Shown here one piece after another: positions 41,625-50,288 of a stretch of DNA of 64,000 nucleotides. A model generated the notes under the pieces. That model ran no database searches, was not told the DNA's origin, and was given only the letters and a program-made list of their open reading frames with translations. This stretch comes from Escherichia phage BF17, in sequence record MW822008.1, one strand, 5' to 3'. Position numbers and translations under genes: made by a program. How positions within the stretch are numbered: position 1 is the stretch's first letter; each line of letters starts with the position of its first letter.

Positions 41625-42179
41625 ATGATTACTTTTAAGAAAACTGCTAACCACATCCATGAGATCTACATTAACGGTCACAAAGCTGGCCTTCTTCGTT
41701 TACTCGCCCATCATCCGAATATTACCGTATCTGATAATGAACCTAAAGATTGGCGTGTATTTTTCTTTGGAAAGTACAGTGATTTTCAAGTATCAAACCT
41801 GAAGAACATTCGTTCAGTATGCACGTTAACTGAAATTAAAGAAAAGTTAACCAAAGCATTGAAAACTAATCCAGATAGTGTTCTTCCACCTGATAACTTT
41901 GTAGAGAAAGGATATGCCTTAGCTCATTTCAAAGATGGTACTATTCAATCTATCAGTACTGAATATGAATATCAATGGACTGAGTACTTCACTTATGGAT
42001 CGCGTAATACATTGATGGCTTCACGTAGTAAATTGGAAGAAGTACTGACTCGTATGAATGAACGCGAGCGTCAATTTTATGACAAACCAGAAATGTGGAG
42101 TTCAACTTACATTGACCGTATTGACTATGTTATTATGACTCCAATCTTTGACACTGCTTACTATGATTCTTTGAAATAA
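41625..42179 (+). CDS. hypothetical protein
   Basis: 184-aa ORF, GAGGAA RBS. Confidence 0.65.
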   Translation: MITFKKTANHIHEIYINGHKAGLLRLLAHHPNITVSDNEPKDWRVFFFGKYSDFQVSNLKNIRSVCTLTEIKEKLTKALKTNPDSVLPPDNFVEKGYALAHFKDGTIQSISTEYEYQWTEYFTYGSRNTLMASRSKLEEVLTRMNERERQFYDKPEMWSSTYIDRIDYVIMTPIFDTAYYDSLK

Positions 42180-42395
42180 GGATAACTTATATGAAACTAC
42201 GTACTCGTAATCGACTGATGGATGCACTGTACCATGAACAGCTTTCACTGAATGAAGTGAAGCGTCAGTTAATGTACACATATCTGTTACCCGCTCGCAT
42301 TGCAAAACAACGTGCTAAAGAATTGCTGAAAGAAGCAATCGAGTACTGGGAATCTGATTCGTACTAATTGTCACGTTAATTAAGTGAGGCGATAA

Positions 42396-42647
42396 ATGAA
42401 AATTTTATTAGTTCTAATACTACTAATTGTTTTACCATTTACGTTAGTATCTCCTGAACTTGCATGGAATGTGTTTGTGTACTTACTATGTACTATTGTA
42501 GTAAATGGTATCTTGTTCTTAGTTCTATTCATAAATGGAATAGGACACGGTGGAGGATGGACCAGTACTGCTGATATTGTACATAAAACCACTATGTCTT
42601 TATTTGTAGTGTGGAATTTATTCTGGACTTGGTTTGTGTTCTTCTAA
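42396..42647 (+). CDS. small membrane protein
   Basis: 83-aa ORF, hydrophobic. Confidence 0.55.
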   Translation: MKILLVLILLIVLPFTLVSPELAWNVFVYLLCTIVVNGILFLVLFINGIGHGGGWTSTADIVHKTTMSLFVVWNLFWTWFVFF

Positions 42648-42657
42648 TTAAAAAAAT

Positions 42658-43029
42658 ATGAATATAGATTTGAAAGGTGCAACACGAACTGTCATACTCA
42701 TTGGGGAATATGCTATCAAGATTCCAACCTTTAAAAGTTGGAAGCTATTCTTAACAGGGATGATAGCTAACCTCAATGAACGTTCGTGGATGCAGTACTC
42801 CAAGCGTAGTAATAGTGGTATCTGCCCTACGTTGTGGTCATCATGTACTGGACTAGTAACTGTACAGAAACGTTGTAAGCCAGTGCAACATAGGGGTTTA
42901 TTTTGGCTGGAGTTGTGTGCTTTAGCATTGAATTCAGAGTTAAGTGCTGACTTCTTTTATTCAGATGCGAAGCCAGAAAACTTTGGGTATCTGTGTGGTA
43001 AGTTGGTTAAACTTGATTATGGAGATTAA
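42658..43029 (+). CDS. hypothetical protein with protein-kinase-like catalytic motifs
   Basis: AIK near N-terminus, then DAKPENFG (HRDLKPEN-like) and LDYGD (DFG-like) with kinase-like spacing; only 123 aa. Confidence 0.45.
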   Translation: MNIDLKGATRTVILIGEYAIKIPTFKSWKLFLTGMIANLNERSWMQYSKRSNSGICPTLWSSCTGLVTVQKRCKPVQHRGLFWLELCALALNSELSADFFYSDAKPENFGYLCGKLVKLDYGD

Positions 43030-43030
43030 T

Positions 43031-43303
43031 ATGTACGCACTGTATAATAAAGAAAAGAAACGATTTGCTAAGGTTGAAATTTCGATTGATACATTTGACA
43101 TGTTGGAGTACTGTATTGTAACGGACTTATATGCTAACTTGTATTACGTTCTTGATGACGTATCAGTACTGCAACGATTGCTTGAGAATTCCAAAAGTCA
43201 ATGCCAGGGCATCCATGATGGTTCATCTTATGAAACACCTGAGTGTTCCTACGGCTATCTGGACGGGTATGAGATTGTGAAGTTGGGTATTGTTGGATGC
43301 TGA
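43031..43303 (+). CDS. hypothetical protein
   Basis: ORF track 42944-43303 trimmed to ATG 43031 after GGAG. Confidence 0.5.
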   Translation: MYALYNKEKKRFAKVEISIDTFDMLEYCIVTDLYANLYYVLDDVSVLQRLLENSKSQCQGIHDGSSYETPECSYGYLDGYEIVKLGIVGC

Positions 43304-43307
43304 AACA

Positions 43308-43577
43308 ATGACCAATGATGAATTCATGGAATTTATAAAAAATATACAAAGTTCAAAAACTGGAGAAGAAAAAGAAACATATAAATTTAAAAGTTCAATA
43401 ATACTTATGAAAATGAAATTGATTTCTCATACTTTTAATGAGAAGTATGATTTTATCTTTGTGAACAGTGACTACAATGATTTAGTTTATAATATAAATG
43501 TTTTGTGGGAAGAAGAACTACAAAGCAAAATACATACAGTACGAAAACCATTAAAAAATCCTTTCAAAACGGGTTGA
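43308..43577 (+). CDS. hypothetical protein
   Basis: ORF track 43290-43577 trimmed to internal ATG. Confidence 0.45.
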   Translation: MTNDEFMEFIKNIQSSKTGEEKETYKFKSSIILMKMKLISHTFNEKYDFIFVNSDYNDLVYNINVLWEEELQSKIHTVRKPLKNPFKTG

Positions 43578-43603
43578 CTTCGGTCAGCCCTTTTTGCTAT
43601 AAT
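43571..43603 (+). promoter_or_regulatory. terminator hairpin with embedded -35 (TTGACT) and downstream -10 TATAAT
   Basis: GGGTTGACTTCGGTCAGCCCTTTTTGCTATAATCATTTCATCAA consensus copy. Confidence 0.7.
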
Positions 43604-43631
43604 CATTTCATCAAGACGAGAGGATGAATAC

Positions 43632-44147
43632 ATGACACGCATTAACTTAGTACACGTTAAAGAACTTGCTGACCAACATCTGATGGCTGAATATCGTGAA
43701 CTCCCACGTGTGTTTGGTGCTGTACAAAAACATGTTCAAGCACGTAAGCGAGTCCGTGATTTCAAAATTAACAGTACTTACCTGTTAGGTTCAGGTCATG
43801 TAACATTCTTCTACAACAAGTTATTGTACTTACAGAAGCGTCATATTGATATTGTTAACGAATGTTTGCGTCGTGGTATGAAGATTCAAAACACTGAAGT
43901 AAACGACATTAGCGGATTCCCTGCTGAGTTTTGTAATGACTACGTACCATCGGAGTCAGAGATTAAAATGTCTCGTGAGCGTTTGATTGAGAAGATACAG
44001 ATGAAGCCTATGTGGTATAAATTTACTGACGTTGAACGCCCACAGTACGTTAAAGATATGCAGGACGTAAGTGGTGATATAGAATCTAGTACTGATATGT
44101 TCGACGAAATTGAAGAACAAATCAAAGATGAAATGAATAATTATTAA
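43632..44147 (+). CDS. denV: pyrimidine dimer DNA glycosylase / endonuclease V
   Basis: N-terminus [31 protein letters not shown]...RVRDFKI...[10 protein letters not shown] closely matches T4 endonuclease V as I recall it, including Thr2 and Glu23. Confidence 0.9.
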   Translation: MTRINLVHVKELADQHLMAEYRELPRVFGAVQKHVQARKRVRDFKINSTYLLGSGHVTFFYNKLLYLQKRHIDIVNECLRRGMKIQNTEVNDISGFPAEFCNDYVPSESEIKMSRERLIEKIQMKPMWYKFTDVERPQYVKDMQDVSGDIESSTDMFDEIEEQIKDEMNNY

Positions 44148-44153
44148 AGGAAA

Positions 44154-44186
44154 GGGTTGACTTCGGTCAGCCCTTTTTGCTATAAT
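44154..44186 (+). promoter_or_regulatory. terminator hairpin with embedded -35 and downstream -10
   Basis: Consensus copy of the GGGTTGACTTCGGTCAGCCC cassette. Confidence 0.7.
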
Positions 44187-44212
44187 CATTTTATCAACTT
44201 AAGAGGTAACAC

Positions 44213-44455
44213 ATGAAACTATCTTTTATACGATTAGCAGAATTCTTCGGTACTGATATCATTACTTTACAACAAATTGCAGACAATACTTCATTAAGTA
44301 CACAAGAAGTACTTGACTTAGATGTAATTCAGTGCGATAATACGTCCATCGATTACAAAGAAGGTCTTGTCGAAAAAGATAAGATTCAGGCTAAGATTAA
44401 TGGTGCTGGACGGGTTCAGTACTGGAAAGGAGTTTTAAGTAATGTTAATTTATGA
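44213..44455 (+). CDS. hypothetical protein
   Basis: 80-aa ORF, AGAGG RBS. Confidence 0.55.
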   Translation: MKLSFIRLAEFFGTDIITLQQIADNTSLSTQEVLDLDVIQCDNTSIDYKEGLVEKDKIQAKINGAGRVQYWKGVLSNVNL

Positions 44456-45857
44456 CGAGCTTGGTGTTGGATACCATTTTACCGATGTTGTGCAATTGGA
44501 GGGTGAATATGTACGCGACGCACGAGAAGACACACCACTTGATAAAATAAAAACACTTAATTCACTAATAATAAAAAATATAATACACATTGAATTATTA
44601 CAAGGATTTGTCGTTGATGGCATAGATGAGTATAATAAAAAAAGATATTCTAAAAAATTTCGACAACCAAAATGTAATTTGAAAATAGCATTTTGGTATG
44701 ATGGTTTATTGTTCATTCAAGGTTATAAACAATTTCTTTCCAACTTAAGTTCAGGAAACTATTGTCCGGGTGAAAAAATATATAATTTAGAAAAAACCAT
44801 TTTATCTGCAAAAAATAAACTATCCGGTGGGTGTAGTATAATAACTGGGAATGGTGAGTGGCTGGGGAGAACAAATACTAAACTTTATGCACTCTGCACG
44901 AAAACCAATAAACCTTGGGAATTCACCATCGGTACACAATATTCTCAGAATTGTCCTGACTGTAAAAAAAGCAAAAAAACTAATAAAGACTTAGATGTGT
45001 TTTTTGAACAACAATGTATAAAATTAAATGCAAAATTTATTGGTATTTTCATGTATAATGGTGTAGATAATAGTATTGTCAAATCGGTATGTAATTGTTG
45101 TGGTAATGAACGTATGGATTATGGAATAACGTTTCGTGCGGGCAGTAGAAAAAGTTTATGCCCACTTGAATCAAGCAGAGTAGAAAAAATAAAAAAATCC
45201 CAATACTTACAAAATGAAGTTTTGGAAGAAAAAATAAAAACTGCAATGAAAATCCATAATATAAGATTTGATGATTCTAACAAATTTGAACCTGAGAAAT
45301 ACGCAAATGTCAAAACTACTATTATAAATTATATTGATTCGAGTGGAACCCCTGGTAGTACATGTCTTTCAAATTTGATTTATAATACAGACAAACGAAG
45401 TATTGGTTCAAAAAACATGACTAATGGTGGTGAGTTGTATACAAATTCATTTGGAAATATGTACAAACTAGGTCACACGACAAAAACAAGTCGTAGGATA
45501 TACGAACAAAATTTATCCTTCTCCAAAAAAAATATATTATGGAAAAATGAACTAATTTTAAAGTTTCCTGGTGAAAATGGGTATGGTCGAGCGATTTATT
45601 TTGAAAAAACAATTTTAGATTATGTAAATAATATAATTGATTGGGTGAAAAACGTTCAAAAAACACCAATATTCGCCCGTGGTTGTGTTGACGAAGGTGA
45701 TGGACATACTGAAACATTTTTAAAGATATATGAATCATATTTTAGATATAAATTGAATGAATTGTACTTGACATATAAAGATGAATGGGATATAATTATT
45801 TTCAAAGATGAAAAGAATTTTATTTCTAATACAAGAGATACTAAAAATGACCAATGA
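44442..45857 (+). CDS. hypothetical Cys-rich protein in AT-rich island
   Basis: 471-aa ORF; visibly lower GC than flanks; CPDC / CNCC motifs. Confidence 0.65.
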   Translation: MLIYDELGVGYHFTDVVQLEGEYVRDAREDTPLDKIKTLNSLIIKNIIHIELLQGFVVDGIDEYNKKRYSKKFRQPKCNLKIAFWYDGLLFIQGYKQFLSNLSSGNYCPGEKIYNLEKTILSAKNKLSGGCSIITGNGEWLGRTNTKLYALCTKTNKPWEFTIGTQYSQNCPDCKKSKKTNKDLDVFFEQQCIKLNAKFIGIFMYNGVDNSIVKSVCNCCGNERMDYGITFRAGSRKSLCPLESSRVEKIKKSQYLQNEVLEEKIKTAMKIHNIRFDDSNKFEPEKYANVKTTIINYIDSSGTPGSTCLSNLIYNTDKRSIGSKNMTNGGELYTNSFGNMYKLGHTTKTSRRIYEQNLSFSKKNILWKNELILKFPGENGYGRAIYFEKTILDYVNNIIDWVKNVQKTPIFARGCVDEGDGHTETFLKIYESYFRYKLNELYLTYKDEWDIIIFKDEKNFISNTRDTKNDQ

Positions 45858-46905
45858 ACAAATTATTGATATTTTAAACAAACTTGGATATGATGAAATA
45901 ACAATTAATGTGGATAAATGTACATATGATGTATTTCATCCTAAAAGAAAAATAATTTATACTGGTATGGATTTAAATAAGATCAACTTTAATACAAAAG
46001 CAATAAAATTTCCACCGTTGGATTATAACACAATAAAATTAAGTTGTGAGAATATTTTCAAAGATAGTGAATGTAAATTTTGTTATTTGGAATATAATGA
46101 AAACAAACCAAATGACACAAAAGTTTTTTATTGTGCACCTAAAAGAAAAAAACCAACCAGTATATATTATAGACATTTGGTGAGTGGTGGTATTCGTATT
46201 AATGTTGAATGGGATATTGAAGACATCTATGATAATGTCTTGATTAAAATAAAAGATATGGATGGTTTTGATATTGATCATGTTGAATATAATGAAAAAG
46301 AAACTTCAAAAACTATAATTCATTTTAAACACCCAAATAGATTATTAACAGTTAAAAATGAATTTAGATATATAATGAGAGATAATTGGTCATTAAAAGA
46401 ACCGCAGATTTCATTAGACGAAATAAATGAGATTGGTAAGAAATTTTCAAAAGAACATCCAAAATATAAGTATCTTGGATGTAAAAGATTCAAAGGTTCA
46501 AAATCGATATTATCGTTTGTTAAAATCGATAATGGAAAAATTTGGAATCCATCATATGAATCAATAGTTTATAGTAATATTAACAGTGATGTTGGTGGAT
46601 ATATTGCAAATGATATAAAAAATTTATATATATTTAAAACTGATTCATTTGTTGGAACATTTATATGCAATGAAACAAAATTTAACTTTCATAAAAATGA
46701 AAGGGAGTTTTGGTTGGATGATGGGGAGATTGAGATAATTGGACAATTCAATGAACGATATTCTTTTTTAAAAGGTATTGTAGATACAGTTAATAGTGAA
46801 ATAGAAATAGATCATGATTTAGATATTGTTGGATATACGTGTATTAGGAAAATACATAATATTGAATATATACAACAACGTTGTTATGATTTATTCAATT
46901 TATAA
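45847..46905 (+). CDS. hypothetical protein in AT-rich island
   Basis: ORF track 45808-46905 trimmed to ATG 45847; AT-rich, K/N/I-rich. Confidence 0.6.
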   Translation: MTNEQIIDILNKLGYDEITINVDKCTYDVFHPKRKIIYTGMDLNKINFNTKAIKFPPLDYNTIKLSCENIFKDSECKFCYLEYNENKPNDTKVFYCAPKRKKPTSIYYRHLVSGGIRINVEWDIEDIYDNVLIKIKDMDGFDIDHVEYNEKETSKTIIHFKHPNRLLTVKNEFRYIMRDNWSLKEPQISLDEINEIGKKFSKEHPKYKYLGCKRFKGSKSILSFVKIDNGKIWNPSYESIVYSNINSDVGGYIANDIKNLYIFKTDSFVGTFICNETKFNFHKNEREFWLDDGEIEIIGQFNERYSFLKGIVDTVNSEIEIDHDLDIVGYTCIRKIHNIEYIQQRCYDLFNL

Positions 46906-46913
46906 CAAAAAAA

Positions 46914-46946
46914 GGGTTGACTTCGGTCAGCCCTTTTTGCTATAAT
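46914..46946 (+). promoter_or_regulatory. terminator hairpin with embedded -35 and downstream -10
   Basis: Consensus copy of the cassette. Confidence 0.7.
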
Positions 46947-46974
46947 TATTTCATCAACTGATGAGGATAACGAA

Positions 46975-47745
46975 ATGACCAGAGAAGCACGTAGCATTCA
47001 AATTCAGAAAAACTTCAACTCCATGATGGTTGCTCTTGAGTGTTTGCTCGACGATAACAGTACTGTAAAAAGTATGGTTGTCAGCGGTGCACCTGGTGTT
47101 GGTAAGACTTACACCCTGTCACAACGCCTCCAGAAAGCTCATGACGCAGCAGAATGGAACGTAGCCACTATCAGTGGTAAAATGACTACTCTTGCTCTGT
47201 ACGAAGTTCTGTACAAGAATCGTCATAGCACCAACGTATTAGTACTGGATGATATGGACAGCATCTTTGATTCAGAAGACGGTATGAACCTGCTCAAAGC
47301 AGTACTGGACAGCGGTAAACGTACTGTGTCTTACATGACTAGCTCTAAGTACTTAACTACCAACGGTATCCCTAACAGCTTTGATTTTAACGGTCGTATC
47401 GTATTCATTACTAACAAAGATTTAGCACTGAATGCTAAAGCTAAAACCAAAATGTCTGCTCACTATGCTGCTCTTATGTCTCGCTCTGTGTATGTTGACT
47501 TACAGATCCAGACTAAAAGCGATATCATGATTCACATTGAAAACGTAATGAACAAGACCAATATCCTGTCAACTAAAGGTGTTAATAGTAATGGTAGCAA
47601 AGCAATCCTGAATTGGATGCTGAAACATGAAGATGCACTTCGTGCTCCTTCACTGCGTATGCCTCTGTTGATTTCAGCAGTATACAACAACAACCCGTAT
47701 GATTGGGAAGAGCAGTGCGAAAACTTGTTCCTTGAGAAAATTTAA
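46975..47745 (+). CDS. P-loop NTPase (AAA-like ATPase)
   Basis: Walker A GAPGVGKT and Walker B-like VLVLDD; 256 aa. Confidence 0.75.
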   Translation: MTREARSIQIQKNFNSMMVALECLLDDNSTVKSMVVSGAPGVGKTYTLSQRLQKAHDAAEWNVATISGKMTTLALYEVLYKNRHSTNVLVLDDMDSIFDSEDGMNLLKAVLDSGKRTVSYMTSSKYLTTNGIPNSFDFNGRIVFITNKDLALNAKAKTKMSAHYAALMSRSVYVDLQIQTKSDIMIHIENVMNKTNILSTKGVNSNGSKAILNWMLKHEDALRAPSLRMPLLISAVYNNNPYDWEEQCENLFLEKI

Positions 47746-47754
47746 TTACATGTA

Positions 47755-47786
47755 TTGACAGTACTACCATAGTGTAGTACTATAAC
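47755..47786 (+). promoter_or_regulatory. promoter-like TTGACA-N17-TACTATAAC
   Basis: Upstream of the 7-gene membrane-protein operon. Confidence 0.45.
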
Positions 47787-47812
47787 TTAATATTCACCAC
47801 CGGAGATACGAT

Positions 47813-48151
47813 ATGCTTGAGTTTTTTAATTCAGATACAATGCTTAGTATTACTTTGATTTATCTGTTTGGTTTTTTCTTTTATCATGCACTAGTTGTAG
47901 TACTATGGTATTTTAAAAAGAAAATCGTTTTCAAACTGTATCCTGATGGAAACATTTCACTACTTCTTTTCACTATTATCCAAGGTATGTTTGCAATTGT
48001 TGGTCTTATCGCACACTTAATTTATTGTGCTAATCCACAGTTGAACTCAATATCACAATATATTGTATTCCTTGGATTACTAATTTGGGTGCTGATATAC
48101 TTGTTTAATCTCATCATCAATGGTAGAGCAAAAATTCGTGGGGACTTCTAA
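47813..48151 (+). CDS. small multi-pass membrane protein, paralog family (cluster B, copy 1)
   Basis: 112-aa; hydrophobic; basic C-terminus RAKIRGDF. Confidence 0.65.
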   Translation: MLEFFNSDTMLSITLIYLFGFFFYHALVVVLWYFKKKIVFKLYPDGNISLLLFTIIQGMFAIVGLIAHLIYCANPQLNSISQYIVFLGLLIWVLIYLFNLIINGRAKIRGDF

Positions 48152-48498
48152 TGTTTGAATCTTATCTTGAGTTTTTAAAGAGTAGTTCTGTTGCACATTC
48201 AATTGCAGGGATTATTCTAACAGGTTATGTAACATTTTGGGTGGTTATGTTTCTAGGATGGTATTTTAAACGACAATTCTATAAGCGTAATGGTGAAGAT
48301 TTTATGAATTCTGTTATTAATCAATCGTTGTTTGCATCAACATTGATAGCATGTATTGTAGCAACACTCACAGGAAAGGTACTGCCAGCATTCTCCGCAG
48401 TTTACGGTACATTGGGTATGATATGTGTAGTTTTTTACTTGACCATTAAACTTTGTTGTGTTATGATTGACCTTCGAAACAAGATACCGGAGGAATGA
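48151..48498 (+). CDS. small multi-pass membrane protein (cluster B, copy 2)
   Basis: C-terminus LRNKIPEE; overlapping start/stop. Confidence 0.65.
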   Translation: MFESYLEFLKSSSVAHSIAGIILTGYVTFWVVMFLGWYFKRQFYKRNGEDFMNSVINQSLFASTLIACIVATLTGKVLPAFSAVYGTLGMICVVFYLTIKLCCVMIDLRNKIPEE

Positions 48499-48833
48499 TG
48501 GAATATTTTTTACACTTACTGCCGTGGTATATGAAAGTTAGTACTATGTACTATATTCTTAGTGCTGGATTCTACTTTCTGATGTGGTTCTTCAAACGAC
48601 CAATTTCAGTATTCATCTCTGATAACATGCTGCAATTAAAATTACACGCATGGTTTTTTATGGCGATGTTTATGCCTATTATTCACTACTCAATGATTAG
48701 TAGAGGGTTCCGTTCCAATGGTGAACCAATTATATTAGTATTCTATTGGGGTTCAACTATTGCATATGTAAGTTTGTTGTTGATCCCAGCCGTTCATAAA
48801 TTACGTGCTAAAGTTCCTGATGCGAGGTACTAA
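48495..48833 (+). CDS. small multi-pass membrane protein (cluster B, copy 3)
   Basis: C-terminus LRAKVPDARY; ATGA overlap. Confidence 0.65.
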   Translation: MMEYFLHLLPWYMKVSTMYYILSAGFYFLMWFFKRPISVFISDNMLQLKLHAWFFMAMFMPIIHYSMISRGFRSNGEPIILVFYWGSTIAYVSLLLIPAVHKLRAKVPDARY

Positions 48834-49147
48834 TGGATATCGTAACATTGATTTACACGCTTTATTCATTCTATTTTATTATGTGTTGGGTTGGATTTTT
48901 ATTTGTATTGAAGATGTTTGATTATGTTGAAAAACAGATAAAAGAATTTTGTATTCCTTTTATTGGGTCAACCATAATTAGTATTACTTGTTTGTATTAT
49001 TTGGTATGTGATCCACCTGTTAATACAGCAATGATTGACTTCATGTTATTACCAACAACAGTTATTTTTTTATGTAGTCTGATGCCACCGATTAGTCGTG
49101 GGCTAACCGAATTTAGACGCAATCAAAAGCGTAAACGAGGGATGTGA
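48833..49147 (+). CDS. small multi-pass membrane protein (cluster B, copy 4)
   Basis: C-terminus RRNQKRKRGM. Confidence 0.65.
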   Translation: MDIVTLIYTLYSFYFIMCWVGFLFVLKMFDYVEKQIKEFCIPFIGSTIISITCLYYLVCDPPVNTAMIDFMLLPTTVIFLCSLMPPISRGLTEFRRNQKRKRGM

Positions 49148-49515
49148 TGGAAATTGCACTTATTATATTAACTGCTATGTTGTTTATTAGTACAATTGTT
49201 ATTATTGGCAAGTTCTTCTGTGTATCCTTCTTGGAAACCGTATACGATGAAATTGCTGATGATTATGAATTACATGCGGGATTTTTTACTACGTATTGGA
49301 TTAGTTTATTACTACTTATCACTGTATGGATTTTACATATATTCAAATGGGGTATGGTAGATGGTGATCCAGTACTGGCAATTATCTGTGTAGTGTTTGG
49401 TCTACTCGGTGGTGCTGTCCATAATCTGATGGTAATTTGGCAAACCGTACAATATGTATTAGTTCCACATTTTCAGAGAATGCACCAAAGCATCAAATAC
49501 CGCAAACGAGGATAA
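49144..49515 (+). CDS. small multi-pass membrane protein (cluster B, copy 5)
   Basis: C-terminus SIKYRKRG. Confidence 0.65.
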   Translation: MMEIALIILTAMLFISTIVIIGKFFCVSFLETVYDEIADDYELHAGFFTTYWISLLLLITVWILHIFKWGMVDGDPVLAIICVVFGLLGGAVHNLMVIWQTVQYVLVPHFQRMHQSIKYRKRG

Positions 49516-49516
49516 C

Positions 49517-49879
49517 ATGAATAATATTGAATTATCTTTTATTGGTCAATTAATGGTAATGGCGTATACATTTATCTTCTCACTGAATGCATTCGTGTGC
49601 ATTGGGAAGTACTTCCATAAGCGACCATTATCAAATATATATGATGTAATACAAAGGAGATATAGTCCAGCATATACTGTGTTGAGTACAGCATTCAATT
49701 TTGGTTTTATTCTAATGCTGGTTGCATTATTAACATCGAGTTCGAATTTTATAACATTTGGTATTATGGTATGTTCACTAACACTGTGTGTGGTTATTCT
49801 CTGTGCATCAGTTGAGTTGATGGCGTGGATGTATAATAAGATTTCCGAAATCCATGAGCGTTTAGGTAAGAGGAACTAA
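49517..49879 (+). CDS. small multi-pass membrane protein (cluster B, copy 6)
   Basis: C-terminus HERLGKRN. Confidence 0.65.
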   Translation: MNNIELSFIGQLMVMAYTFIFSLNAFVCIGKYFHKRPLSNIYDVIQRRYSPAYTVLSTAFNFGFILMLVALLTSSSNFITFGIMVCSLTLCVVILCASVELMAWMYNKISEIHERLGKRN

Positions 49880-49880
49880 A

Positions 49881-50252
49881 ATGAGTTATCGTGAAATATT
49901 TTCGATCATTACTATTATTGTGTTTAGTTTAGGTTCTTTGATTTGGTTATTGTATTACTTCTGTGTAACCCCAGTATATAATATGCTAAATTCAGTTCGC
50001 TCTGATGTTGGTATTGTTTCTTTTATTATCTTCATGGCATATTATATGCTAAGTATCACAGGTTTGGTTTTGGTTGTTATCTTTGACCTTGGACCGAATC
50101 AAGATGGTATGGAGATGTGGGAATTGATAACGATGTTTGCATGTATGATACCTGCATTTGGTGTATGTGCTGGTGTATTTTATGGGTTGTGTAAAGGTGT
50201 AAACTACTTAAAAAATATCCACAATACTATTCGTAAAAAACGTATGTTGTAA
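49881..50252 (+). CDS. small multi-pass membrane protein (cluster B, copy 7)
   Basis: C-terminus IRKKRML. Confidence 0.65.
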   Translation: MSYREIFSIITIIVFSLGSLIWLLYYFCVTPVYNMLNSVRSDVGIVSFIIFMAYYMLSITGLVLVVIFDLGPNQDGMEMWELITMFACMIPAFGVCAGVFYGLCKGVNYLKNIHNTIRKKRML

Positions 50253-50258
50253 TAAAAA

Positions 50259-50283
50259 ATCCAGTACTATAATAGTACTGGAT
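50259..50283. terminator. bidirectional terminator between convergent blocks
   Basis: ATCCAGTACT-ATAAT-AGTACTGGAT palindrome with A/T runs on both sides. Confidence 0.65.
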
Positions 50284-50288
50284 TAATT

